Shown here piece after piece: positions 1-9,250 of a stretch of 64,000 bases of DNA. The translations under genes and the position numbers were made by a program. The stretch's first letter is position 1; the number at the start of each line of letters is the position of its first letter. The notes under the pieces are model-generated. The model did no database searches. It was not told where the DNA came from and worked only from the letters and a program-made list of their open reading frames with translations. Source of the stretch: Nitrospinaceae bacterium (lineage in GTDB: Bacteria; Nitrospinota; Nitrospinia; Nitrospinales; JACRGP01); assembly GCA_029261575.1 (NCBI GenBank), contig JAJDBD010000059.1, positions 16,182 to 80,181 of the forward strand, written 5' to 3'.

Positions 1-767
1 TCGTCGCGAATTATTTTTACGTCGATTTCATAAACGGTTTTCAGGAGGTCTCTTTGCAAAACGGTAGCAGGAGGGCCTTCCTCCACGAGGCGACCATTTT
101 TTATCAGGACCAGCCGGTCGCAAAACTTGGAGGCCAAATGTAAATCGTGCAGGGCCATGACGATGGTTGCGCCCTGGTCGCGGTTCATTTTTTTTAGAAT
201 GTTTAAGATTTCCATTTGAAACTTGAGGTCCAGCGCCGACGTCGGTTCGTCCAACAACATCGCCCGGGGTTCCTGGGCAATCGCTGCGGCGATCATGACC
301 CTTTGCTTTTCTCCACTGCTGATTTCGTTGAAAAGCCGGTTCGCAAATTGGGAGGTATGGGTGAGGTCCATGGCGCGGCGGGCGATTCGGCAATCTTCTT
401 CCGACTCAAACGCCAGGGCGGAAAGATAGGGGTGACGGCCCATCAGGACGACTTCGGACGCCTTGAAAGGAAAAACCATCGGGTTTTCCTGGGGAACCCA
501 GGCGATCGATTGCGCCAGAGTTTTCCTCTTCTGAAGGCGCAAATCCAACCCGTCAAAATAAACCGAGTTTTTTGGGCCGGGCAATATTCCGCCCAACAAC
601 TTTAATAGAGTGGATTTCCCGGAACCGTTCGGTCCGATGACGCCGACGAATTCCCCTGGAAATATTTTGAGGGAAAAATCTTGGATCACGGGTTCCCGGT
701 CGTATTTAAAATCGGAATGTTTCAATTCCATGAGCGAGCGGGGTTCCTGCAGAGAATTTGAATGCAT
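1..767 (-). CDS. ABC transporter ATP-binding subunit (BtuD/FecE-like); C-terminus cut by window edge
   Basis: Not in the ORF track because it runs off the edge. My reverse-strand translation from ATG (rc 765-767) reads MHSNSLQEPRSLMELKHSDFKYDREPVIQDF... It has Walker A GPNGSGKSTLLK (rc ~600-635), signature SSGEKQR (rc ~300-320) and Walker B LLDEPTSALD (rc 231-260). Alternative start Met at rc 729-731. Confidence 0.85.
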   Translation of the reverse strand, partial: MHSNSLQEPRSLMELKHSDFKYDREPVIQDFSLKIFPGEFVGVIGPNGSGKSTLLKLLGGILPGPKNSVYFDGLDLRLQKRKTLAQSIAWVPQENPMVFPFKASEVVLMGRHPYLSALAFESEEDCRIARRAMDLTHTSQFANRLFNEISSGEKQRVMIAAAIAQEPRAMLLDEPTSALDLKFQMEILNILKKMNRDQGATIVMALHDLHLASKFCDRLVLIKNGRLVEEGPPATVLQRDLLKTVYEIDVKIIRD

Positions 768-775
768 TTCGCTCG

Positions 776-1729
776 TCAATTTTTGTCTCCCGTGGGCGAA
801 AGTTGAAGAGGAGAATCTCCAAATAGTTCAGGATGAACGGCCCTTGCAAGATGATCGACGATTTCCAATACCCTGGGACCGGGGATGACCATTACGCTGT
901 CGTCGATGAATCGGATGTTTCCATTTTTTACCGCGGTCACCGTGGGAAACCGCTGCCAGTCCCGCTTGCTTTGCTCTTTGTAATCTCTTGCCCTCTCAGC
1001 TCCGGGATGCAATTCTATGATCACCTCCGGAGAAGTTTTGACGACGTATTCCTTGGAAACTTTTGGGTAGGGAACGAATGAGTCCGTAAGGATATTGTCT
1101 CCCCCCGCGACGGTCAGCAACTGGTCCAAAAAGGTTCCCTTGCCGACGGCGAATAAATCTCTCAAAGCGTTCTGGTTGTCGTCGAATATGAAAAACACGG
1201 ATTTTCTTTTTTGGCCTTTAAGTTTGTTTTCATAAAACCGGACGCCGTTTTGAATGCGTTGGAGAAGTTTTTGCGCCGCCGGATCCGCGCCCAGGGCCTT
1301 TCCAATAATCAGAATGGATTCCTGTATGGATTCCAGATTGACAAGAGTGACGGGCAAACTTTTTATCCCAAGCGTTCGGGCGTGTTTGTCCAAATTAAAA
1401 TTGTCGTCCTGGTGGATGATGAGATCGGGCTTCAGAGCAACCATCAACTCGAAGTTTGGATTGACGACGCCGCCGACCCTGGGAATTTGGGTCGCCGCGG
1501 GCGGATAATTACAAAAGTCCGTGGCGCCGACGAGGCGGTCCTGCGCGCCCAGTTCGTAAATAATTTCAGTGACGGCTGGCGACAGGGAAACAATGCGTTG
1601 GGGAAGGGGATGGGAGGCGGCGTCGGAGAAACTTGTTTGTGGAACGCAAAAAGAAACCAGAAAAAGGGCGGCGCCCCATAGGAGAGACGAAAGCCCGAAC
1701 CTCCATTCTGGTTTGATAAAATCCTGCAA
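776..1729 (-). CDS. periplasmic substrate-binding protein, BtuF/FecB (cobalamin/siderophore) type
   Basis: ORF 776..1873. RIVSLSPAVTEIIYELGAQDRLVGATDFCNYP is typical of this binding-protein class. I place the start at TTG 1729 (MQDFIKPEWRFGLSSLLWGAALFLVSF = signal peptide) because 1732-2005 reads as a riboswitch, and the TTG at 1873 sits 1 nt after AAGGAG, which is too close. Confidence 0.8.
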   Translation of the reverse strand: MQDFIKPEWRFGLSSLLWGAALFLVSFCVPQTSFSDAASHPLPQRIVSLSPAVTEIIYELGAQDRLVGATDFCNYPPAATQIPRVGGVVNPNFELMVALKPDLIIHQDDNFNLDKHARTLGIKSLPVTLVNLESIQESILIIGKALGADPAAQKLLQRIQNGVRFYENKLKGQKRKSVFFIFDDNQNALRDLFAVGKGTFLDQLLTVAGGDNILTDSFVPYPKVSKEYVVKTSPEVIIELHPGAERARDYKEQSKRDWQRFPTVTAVKNGNIRFIDDSVMVIPGPRVLEIVDHLARAVHPELFGDSPLQLSPTGDKN

Positions 1730-1731
1730 TA

Positions 1732-2005
1732 AAAAAAATCCCCGATCCCTTTTGGGAGGGATGGGAGAAACTGCGTTACCCGGAAAAATTTGCTTCACCT
1801 CTTGTACTTCCCGAAGAGTTTGTGAAGCCTGTTCAGAGCAGGTTTTCTGGCTTCCGGATCGGGCTACTCCCAAGCTCCTTCCCGTTAAAAAATAACAGTG
1901 GATTTGCTGGTTTCGTCCCCGGTTACAGCGGCGGGTCCGCGACGGATTTGCACCGTCTTCCCTTGCGTCTGTTCAGGACAATTGCATTTCAAATCAGAGT
2001 ATCAA
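1732..2005 (-). promoter_or_regulatory. cobalamin (B12) riboswitch with intrinsic-terminator expression platform
   Basis: The minus strand reads AGGGAAGACGGTGCAAATCCGTCGCGGACCCGCCGCTGTAACCGGGGACGAA (rc ~1912-1963), then CCACTG (rc 1896-1901), CGGGAAGG (rc 1877-1884) and a B12 box GAAGCCAGAAAACCTGC (rc ~1838-1856). A C-rich/G-rich hairpin plus U8 follows (rc 1731-1770), directly before the TTG start at 1729. The 5' boundary is approximate. Confidence 0.8.
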
Positions 2006-2047
2006 ATAACAATGGCTTGTCAATATGGGAATGGATTGGGCGAATCG

Positions 2048-2701
2048 TCATGCGTTCAAAAATGCGGAGACGTCGGCGAGATTTTGTTCGCTGACTTCGT
2101 GTCCCTGGGCGGTCGACTGAACTGCGGCGGTATGACCAAAACTTTTCATTTGGTCGAGAGCGTGCTCGGCGAGGAAAGAAGGAACCACGTCGTCGTTCTC
2201 GCCAAAAATCCCCAGAATTTCGGCGCGCGACTCCCGGTCCGCAGGCGCCGGTATTTCCGGGAGGAAACCGCACACCGTGGCGGTTTTATGAATCGTGTGT
2301 CGACCGAGCAGGCTGAGAACCAAAGCCGCCGCGCCGCCCTGGGAAAATCCCCAAAGACAAATGCGGGCCTCAACGCCGGGCCGCGTTTCGCGAAAATAAT
2401 TCTCCAGGCTGTCCAGAAAGCCGCCCGTATACTCCAGAAACGCGGAAACCGATTTGGCCTGTCCGGGTCCGTCGGCCCACCAGCTCCACAGACCCTCGCC
2501 GGCGTCCACGGGGGCTTGGGGATAGATGAAAGCCGCGTTTTTCAAGGCAAGGCGGTTGCCGTGAACCAGCATGTTTTCCGGCGTGGATTCCGCGCCATGA
2601 AACCCGACGAGCAAATTCGCCGGCGAGGCGAGGGGTTCCTCCGGTTCGCCGAGGATTACTTTAATACCGTTCCATTCAACCGTGCTGTATTGGGTAGACA
2701 T
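2048..2701 (-). CDS. alpha/beta hydrolase (phospholipase/carboxylesterase family)
   Basis: 217 aa. Nucleophile elbow GFSQGG, later ENDDVVP and a C-terminal His. Size and layout match the carboxylesterase family. Confidence 0.7.
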   Translation of the reverse strand: MSTQYSTVEWNGIKVILGEPEEPLASPANLLVGFHGAESTPENMLVHGNRLALKNAAFIYPQAPVDAGEGLWSWWADGPGQAKSVSAFLEYTGGFLDSLENYFRETRPGVEARICLWGFSQGGAAALVLSLLGRHTIHKTATVCGFLPEIPAPADRESRAEILGIFGENDDVVPSFLAEHALDQMKSFGHTAAVQSTAQGHEVSEQNLADVSAFLNA

Positions 2702-2720
2702 AGTTTCGCTTTCGCCAGAG

Positions 2721-4061
2721 TTATTGATCGTCGATTATTTTTTGCGCCAGGCTCTCCGCGTCTTCGCGGGTCTTTATATCGCCCAACACCCTGGCCTGCT
2801 CGATTTGTTCCAGGATGATTTTGAAAAGGGGCGAAGGCGCCAGATGAAATTTGTTTTTGAGATCATCCCCATCCAGCAACGGGGATAGCTCGCTGATGGG
2901 AACATATTGGTTGTAATAAAAACTCTGTAAATTAGCCGCCGCTTTGTCGAAGGTTTGAACGCTGCCAGCATTCCCCTTACGGGCGGCATAAATGGCCCGC
3001 GCTAAAAACAGAGCGGGAATCAATTCGTCTCCCGAGCGCTTGGCGAATGCGTACATTTTATTCGAGTCGACCGGCTGGGCTGAAAATCCCAACTCGTTGG
3101 CTTGCGCCGACTCTTGAATTGCAATCGTTCGCTCTACAAATTGAATGTCTGCGTTTGAGGCGCGAAGACCTTTCAAAACTTTAGCAACGCCTCCAATTTT
3201 TTCTGGGACCGTTTCCAACAAGTGAAGCAAAACGGAAATTTTTAAAAGGGCATAGGTCCTGTTTTCATCCCGCGCCTTTTGGCGCTCACAATATTTAATC
3301 AATTCGGGAGGATTGGATGCAATAAATTTTTCCAGGTTTTTGCAAGATTGCAAAATACACTCGCAATCGTCCGGCTTCGCGTCATCCAAATCGGGAATGA
3401 TGCAGTTCAAAATCCCGGTTTGGAACATGGATTCCAACAGGGGTGCGGTTGTGGTCCCTTGAAAAAACAGAACCAGTTCGTACCAAATTCTTTCCGGCGC
3501 GGTTGCGACGATACGATTTTTGCATTGCTCTATCTTTTTTAAAGTATCCGGAGCGATCTGAAATCCAAAGGCGGCCGCGAAGCGATAGGCTCGGAGCATT
3601 CTCAAAGGATCAGACTCGAAAGCCGATCCGGGAAGAACGGTTAACGTTTTTGACAATAAATCATTTCGGCCTCCAAAGGGATCCAGTATTTCTATATTCC
3701 CCTCAAGATAATCGTCCAGTTTAACGGCCATGGAATTGCAGGTAAAATCTCTTTGTCCCAAATCTTCTAGGACGTCGACGCCTTGCAATTCTGAAAAATC
3801 AAAATAGATATTGCCCGGAAGGACGACGCGCACGGTTTCCCGTCCCGGAGTTTCATCGAGCGGGACCCGGGGAAGTTTCAACGTTTCGGAAAACTCCTTG
3901 GCCAGCGACGCGGCGCCCTTGCAGGTGAAATCGTAATCGGAAACGGGCAGGTTCATGACGTGGTTGCGGACCGCGCCGCCCACTAAATAAATTTCGGTAT
4001 TTGCCCGCCGGGAAAGTTCCAGAGTTTTATTTAGATAGTTTGTGATATCGGGTTGTTTCAT
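2721..4061 (-). CDS. cca: tRNA nucleotidyltransferase / poly(A) polymerase family (CCA-adding type)
   Basis: 446 aa. N-terminal LVGGAVRNHVMNLPVSDYDF head-domain motif of the PolyA_pol/CCA family. Confidence 0.75.
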   Translation of the reverse strand: MKQPDITNYLNKTLELSRRANTEIYLVGGAVRNHVMNLPVSDYDFTCKGAASLAKEFSETLKLPRVPLDETPGRETVRVVLPGNIYFDFSELQGVDVLEDLGQRDFTCNSMAVKLDDYLEGNIEILDPFGGRNDLLSKTLTVLPGSAFESDPLRMLRAYRFAAAFGFQIAPDTLKKIEQCKNRIVATAPERIWYELVLFFQGTTTAPLLESMFQTGILNCIIPDLDDAKPDDCECILQSCKNLEKFIASNPPELIKYCERQKARDENRTYALLKISVLLHLLETVPEKIGGVAKVLKGLRASNADIQFVERTIAIQESAQANELGFSAQPVDSNKMYAFAKRSGDELIPALFLARAIYAARKGNAGSVQTFDKAAANLQSFYYNQYVPISELSPLLDGDDLKNKFHLAPSPLFKIILEQIEQARVLGDIKTREDAESLAQKIIDDQ

Positions 4062-4139
4062 TTTTTGTCCGTGGCGTCATGGCGCGTTGACAAGAGGCGG
4101 GAAAACAGGCTTGAATACTTGGCGAGCAGTGGCGCGATT

Positions 4140-5126
4140 TTAAACTTTCCAGTCGGAGGACAGAGCGACTCGCTTGGATGAAAAAATGACCCCGTCCTTT
4201 TTCACCAGGTATAAGTCCGTTTGGGTCAGGTTTCCGAGAATCTGTTGCAGGTTCTCGGAGGGTTTGCTTTGCGGGTCCTTGATCAGGAAGGGAATCATTT
4301 CGTCGACGGAATCGCGGACCCTGTCGCTTTCGATAATGAATCCCAGAAAATTAAGGTTCACGTTCAAATACTTTTTTGCGAGTTGCGCCAGGTTGTCTCC
4401 CGCCAGCAAATCTTTTTTCTTTCGGACCCGGTTGACCACCAGGTTGGGCTTGAATTTTGCGGTCGCCTCGTCGATGGCCAAAACCAAATTCGGATCAATT
4501 AGAGCCGCTTTTTCTTTCAAATCGTCCAGCGAGCACAATTCGTCCCGCTCGTTCCGCCCGCCGCTGGAGGCGGAATCGCGGAAAAGTTCCTGGGTTTTGT
4601 CGCCGTCCGGCAATGCGTTTTGGATCTTCTTGAACAGAACGGATTTGATGAAACTAAAAGCGTTCATTACCGAAGGGATTTCCGGAAGCGTCAACACGAT
4701 GCCTGTGCTGGCAAGATTGAAGCGCTCCAAAGTATCGGAGTGGACGCCTGGACCCAGGTCGACCACGACATAATCAGCGTCCAGCCCGGCGATGATGGAA
4801 ATAATATTTTGGTTGGCCTCTCGGGATAAGGGGAAACTTCCGGAAAGATCGCCGGCTCCGCTTAAAAACTTCAGATTGCCCACTCCGGTATCCATCAAAA
4901 GGTTTCCCGGATCGCTTTCCTGATAATGGATCAAATCTCTCAATCCCAACCTGGGGTTGACGATTCCCAATAAGGCGTGCAGGTTGGAAGCGCCGTAATC
5001 CGTGTCCGCCAATACCACTCTGTAGCCGCCGAGAGCCAGGCCTACGGCCAGGTTGGCGCTGAGCAGGCTTTTGCCAATGCCGCCTTTTCCGCCACCCACC
5101 GCGATGATGTTTTTGGGGTTTGCCAT
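4140..5126 (-). CDS. MinD/ParA/FlhG-family P-loop ATPase
   Basis: 328 aa. Deviant Walker A GGGKGGIGKS near the N-terminus and DTDYGASNLH. Starts 23 nt after the upstream gene. Confidence 0.8.
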   Translation of the reverse strand: MANPKNIIAVGGGKGGIGKSLLSANLAVGLALGGYRVVLADTDYGASNLHALLGIVNPRLGLRDLIHYQESDPGNLLMDTGVGNLKFLSGAGDLSGSFPLSREANQNIISIIAGLDADYVVVDLGPGVHSDTLERFNLASTGIVLTLPEIPSVMNAFSFIKSVLFKKIQNALPDGDKTQELFRDSASSGGRNERDELCSLDDLKEKAALIDPNLVLAIDEATAKFKPNLVVNRVRKKKDLLAGDNLAQLAKKYLNVNLNFLGFIIESDRVRDSVDEMIPFLIKDPQSKPSENLQQILGNLTQTDLYLVKKDGVIFSSKRVALSSDWKV

Positions 5127-5149
5127 GGCTTCTCGATCGAGTGGAGCGC

Positions 5150-6523
5150 TCAGTTAATTCCGTTATTCGGGTTGGGATTTTTCTTTCTTTGCTTCGAGGT
5201 GAATATAAACGATTCGAGCAGTTCCTGGACGTCGGGCCGATTCCAGGAGAAGCCGGGGCCGCCTTTGACGTCTGAACCTCCAAGGGGGCGCGAGGGAGAC
5301 TTTTGCAACCAGTCCGGGACCACATTTTTCTGGCGCGTGGTTTCTGCGCTTATGAGCGCGAAACGGTCTTCCAGGTTTTTCTGGAATTGATTCAATTGCC
5401 CGATCAATTGGTCCGACTTTTTTTCGCTCTCTTCCGGAGTTTCGATCCGGGAGAAATCCGGACCCAGGTTGGTGATGGGTTTTTGAACCCAATCCGCCGC
5501 CGGTTCGGCCTGGAGAGGCGGGGTCGACGAGTCCTCGGAAGCGGGGACCTCTTCTTCATTCTCCAGGTCCTCGTTCAACTGGGAGGAAATCTCGTGGATG
5601 GTTTGCTCCATTTCCTGCTTCAATTTGGAAATCGCCTCGTCGTGTTGATCTATCTCCCGTTCCAGTTCCGCAGAACTTTCGTCGTTTTGGATTTCTGAGA
5701 GAGGGGAGGTCGGTTGGGCTGATGGTTCCTCCCACGGTTCGGGAACCGGGGAATCTTCCGGCTGGACGGGAACGACTGGTTCGATTTGATTTCCGGCCAG
5801 AATCGCCTCAAAATCCGCTATGATTTCATCGTCCAATTGACTTGGAGAATTTTTGTTGCCGGAGAAATCAGAAAAATCGGAGGAGTCGGAAGAATCCGGG
5901 AAAACGGGTGAAGGAGATTCGGCGGGTTCTTTCCTGATTTCGTTTTCCTTGATGTTTCGAAGCTCTTTTTCCAAATCGTTGAAATCTTTTTTCAGTTTGT
6001 GGAGAAGCAGGTCGTCATCGTCCGTAGGAGGCGAAGGGTCCTGATTTTCTGTGGGGGATTCTGGGTCCTGGTCCGCAAGATCAAAAAAACCTCCATCGTC
6101 AAAGCCCGTTGGAGTAGGTTTTGTTTTCGAGTTTTTATGCGCATCTTCCGGGAAAAGCGGAAAGGCTTTTTCATCATCCTGTCTTTGCTGTCTTTCCTTA
6201 AACTCCAATCCCTCGATGAAAGGATCGGCCCGGGGTCTTGTGGGTTCGATGATCAGTGGGTTGGATTTGCGTTTGGGATTCCGTTCATCCCGATCAAAAA
6301 AACTGCTTTCGTAAATGTCATTTTCATAATCCCGATGGTTGCGTTTCTTTTTAGCCCAAAGACGAAAAAAATACCAGCCAGCGAACGAAACGACCAATAG
6401 CCCAATAACTGTGGGAATCCAAATGGTAAGGTTCATGGTATTGAGTTCGGAACCCGATCCCTTGAACCAGGAAGAAATGGTTTGGGCGATTCCCGAACTG
6501 TTAAATTTTGGGAGGCTGTTCAT
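5150..6523 (-). CDS. membrane-anchored hyper-acidic low-complexity protein (hypothetical)
   Basis: 457 aa. One N-terminal TM (LTIWIPTVIGLLVVSFAGWYFF) followed by ~400 aa rich in D/E/S/P with short coiled segments. I recognise no family. Confidence 0.6.
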   Translation of the reverse strand: MNSLPKFNSSGIAQTISSWFKGSGSELNTMNLTIWIPTVIGLLVVSFAGWYFFRLWAKKKRNHRDYENDIYESSFFDRDERNPKRKSNPLIIEPTRPRADPFIEGLEFKERQQRQDDEKAFPLFPEDAHKNSKTKPTPTGFDDGGFFDLADQDPESPTENQDPSPPTDDDDLLLHKLKKDFNDLEKELRNIKENEIRKEPAESPSPVFPDSSDSSDFSDFSGNKNSPSQLDDEIIADFEAILAGNQIEPVVPVQPEDSPVPEPWEEPSAQPTSPLSEIQNDESSAELEREIDQHDEAISKLKQEMEQTIHEISSQLNEDLENEEEVPASEDSSTPPLQAEPAADWVQKPITNLGPDFSRIETPEESEKKSDQLIGQLNQFQKNLEDRFALISAETTRQKNVVPDWLQKSPSRPLGGSDVKGGPGFSWNRPDVQELLESFIFTSKQRKKNPNPNNGIN

Positions 6524-6766
6524 GACTCGATTTTTTGGGCGCCGGATTTTTTTTGATAGGCCGTTTTGGGAGGATCAGGGTTTTTCTGAATGTGAATTCT
6601 GGATATGAAGCGTTAAATAATTTTTTCGCTTTCATAGTAGCATAAAATGAGTAAAATCAGTAAAATTAATCACTTGGAGCAGGTTTGCCTCAAGTTTCTA
6701 TGGTAAAATTTTGCTGACGCATTGAGAAAAACGGGCTTTTTATCTTGTTCAACAAATAGGGACATT

Positions 6767-7522
6767 GTGGATAAAATTTCAGTCTCGATCATCACCTGCG
6801 ATGAAGAAAAAAATATTGAACGGTGTCTGAAAAGCCTTAAATGGGCGGACGAAATTATGGTGATGGACAGCGGTAGCGAGGACCGGACTGTGGAAATTTG
6901 CCGACGTTATACCAACAAGGTTTTTCAGGAAAGCTGGCAGGGGTATGGCAGGCAAAAAAACCTTTGCGCCGACAGGGCCAGCCATCGCTGGATTTTGAAT
7001 GTCGACGCCGACGAGGAGGTTTCAGGGGAATGCGCGCGGGAAATCCAAACGGCTCTTCAACAAGGGTTGGACCGGTCGATCTATTCTTTTCCTAGAAAAA
7101 ATTATTTTGGCAAACGTTGGGTGCGCTATGGCGGTTGGTTTCCCGACCGCATCGCCCGGCTGTACGATAAAACCCGGGTGCGGTTTTCGGAACCGCCGGT
7201 TCACGAGAAGCTGGTTCCAGAGTTGGAAACCGGTCGGTTTCAAAGCCCCTTGTTGCATTGGTCCTACCTGGGTATGGAGGATTACATCGCCCGGCAAAAC
7301 CGTTATTCTACCTTGTTTGCAAAAAATTCTCTTAAAAATGGTAGGATGAGTTCATGGTCGGATTTGCTCTTTCGGCCTCCGCTGGCATTTTTGAAGACTT
7401 ACGTTTTACAGCAGGGCTTTAGGGAAGGCAGTTTGGGATTGTTTCTTGCGACAGCCAACGCTTTTTATACCTACCTTAAGTATGCAAAAACCCGCGACCC
7501 GGATTTACGCGATGATAATTGA
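6767..7522 (+). CDS. family 2 glycosyltransferase
   Basis: ORF 6722..7522. ISVSIITCDEEKNIERCL...VMDSGSEDRT and NVDADE are GT2 motifs. The likely start is GTG 6767 (AGGGA 5 nt upstream) rather than TTG 6722. Confidence 0.8.
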   Translation: MDKISVSIITCDEEKNIERCLKSLKWADEIMVMDSGSEDRTVEICRRYTNKVFQESWQGYGRQKNLCADRASHRWILNVDADEEVSGECAREIQTALQQGLDRSIYSFPRKNYFGKRWVRYGGWFPDRIARLYDKTRVRFSEPPVHEKLVPELETGRFQSPLLHWSYLGMEDYIARQNRYSTLFAKNSLKNGRMSSWSDLLFRPPLAFLKTYVLQQGFREGSLGLFLATANAFYTYLKYAKTRDPDLRDDN

Positions 7523-7567
7523 CGCGACCGGTTAACCTTTTTTCTTCTTCCATCCCCCCGAGGAATT

Positions 7568-8224
7568 TTGACCAAGACGCAGTTGTTATTATTGATGACC
7601 CCCGTGGTTCTGTTTTCCCTGACCCTCCATGAATATTCTCATGGCAGGGTGGCCTATTATCTTGGCGACGACACGGCGAAACGGCAAGGGCGCCTGACCT
7701 TCAATCCCTTGAAGCACCTGGACCTGATGGGTATCCTGTTTTTTTATTTTGTCGGATTCGGTTGGGCCAAGCCCGTGCCCGTCGACTGGAGAAATTTTCA
7801 GCATCCGCGCCGGGACATGATGTATGTGTCCATTGCGGGACCCTTGGCCAACGTCGGCCTGGCTTTCTTGAGCAGTTTTTTTATAAGAATGATTTCTCCT
7901 TATGAAAATCCGGTGGTATTCTACCTCCTTTGTTTTTCCGTTTTTATAAACGTGGCGCTTTTCGTGTTCAACATGTTGCCGGTGTATCCCCTGGACGGAG
8001 CCAGCGTTTTAAAAGGTTTGGTATCCGATAAGATGGCCCTCCGTTTGACCTTCTTTGACCGATACGGCGCGGTCCTGATTCTGGGTATATTTTTGATGGA
8101 CCACTTTGCGCATACGGGAATTATCTGGCGGGTGATTGGCCTGCCGATTTTGATGGTCGTTCAAATGCTGACGCAGGAGGCGTTTCCGCTCCTGCAACAG
8201 GTTTTGATGATGAGTTTTGGTTGA
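7568..8224 (+). CDS. site-2 protease family (M50) membrane metalloprotease
   Basis: 218 aa, multi-TM. HEYSHG (HExxH) in the first TM and a later NMLPVYPLDG motif. Confidence 0.8.
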   Translation: MTKTQLLLLMTPVVLFSLTLHEYSHGRVAYYLGDDTAKRQGRLTFNPLKHLDLMGILFFYFVGFGWAKPVPVDWRNFQHPRRDMMYVSIAGPLANVGLAFLSSFFIRMISPYENPVVFYLLCFSVFINVALFVFNMLPVYPLDGASVLKGLVSDKMALRLTFFDRYGAVLILGIFLMDHFAHTGIIWRVIGLPILMVVQMLTQEAFPLLQQVLMMSFG

Positions 8225-8237
8225 TTGAAGGACTGAT

Positions 8238-9230
8238 ATGGCTGGAAAACGAATTTTGAGCGGAATGCAACCCACCGGTCCCTTGCACCTGGGAAACTAT
8301 TTCGGCGCGCTAAAAAACTGGATCGCCTTGCAGGACGACTATGAATGTTTCTATTTCATCGCCGACTGGCACGCGCTCACCTCGCTTTATAACGATCCGT
8401 CGTTGATCCGTAAATATTCGCGGGAAGTGGCGGCGGACTGGATAAGCTCCGGACTCGACCCGGAAAAATGCACTCTGTTCGTGCAATCCAAAATCCCGGA
8501 GCACGCCGAGTTGTACCTGATATTGTCGATGATCGTTCCCGTTCCCTGGTTGGAACGCAACCCGACGTATAAAGAAAAACAGGACGAAATTAAAAACGTG
8601 GAGCTGAGTTCCCACGGTTTTCTGGGGTACCCCGTTTTGCAAACCGCCGACGTCGTCCTTTACAAGGCAGACGCCGTGCCGGTGGGTATCGATCAGGCGC
8701 CGCATTTGGAGATTTCGCGCGAAATTGTACGGCGGTTTAATAATTTATACGGCAAGGAGGTTTTTATCGAGCCGGAGGCCAAAATATCGGAAATTCCCAA
8801 ACTCAACGGTCTGGACGGGCGGAAGATGAGCAAGAGCTATGACAACGCCATTTACCTTTCCGACGACGAGAATCAGATCGGTAAAAAAATCCGCTCCATG
8901 TTCACCGATCCGCAAAGGAAGAGGCGGGAAGACCCCGGCGACCCGGACGTTTGCAACCTATACCCCTTCCACAAAATTTATTCCAACGGGGAAACTCAAA
9001 AGGAAATCGATCGGGATTGCAGGACCGCCGCCATCGGTTGCGGCGACTGTAAAGCCATCCTGGCCAAGAACATGTTGGAGCAAATGAAACCGACGATGGA
9101 GAAGCGCCGGGAGATCATTGCCAAGCCAAAAGAGTTGGATGAAATTCTCGAGGAAGGGAGCAAAAAGGCCAGGCTGGTCGCAAAAGCCACTCTTCGCGAG
9201 GCCAAAAAAGCCATGCGCTTTCAAAAATAA
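8238..9230 (+). CDS. trpS: tryptophan--tRNA ligase
   Basis: 330 aa. SGMQPTGPLHLGNYFGA (HIGH region) and KMSKS. Confidence 0.95.
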   Translation: MAGKRILSGMQPTGPLHLGNYFGALKNWIALQDDYECFYFIADWHALTSLYNDPSLIRKYSREVAADWISSGLDPEKCTLFVQSKIPEHAELYLILSMIVPVPWLERNPTYKEKQDEIKNVELSSHGFLGYPVLQTADVVLYKADAVPVGIDQAPHLEISREIVRRFNNLYGKEVFIEPEAKISEIPKLNGLDGRKMSKSYDNAIYLSDDENQIGKKIRSMFTDPQRKRREDPGDPDVCNLYPFHKIYSNGETQKEIDRDCRTAAIGCGDCKAILAKNMLEQMKPTMEKRREIIAKPKELDEILEEGSKKARLVAKATLREAKKAMRFQK

Positions 9231-9250
9231 AGGAACAACAAGACTTGACT

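Noticed and set aside
1898-2818. 306-aa + strand ORF
   Set aside because: It overlaps the riboswitch and is antisense to the esterase and the cca 3' end. No motifs.
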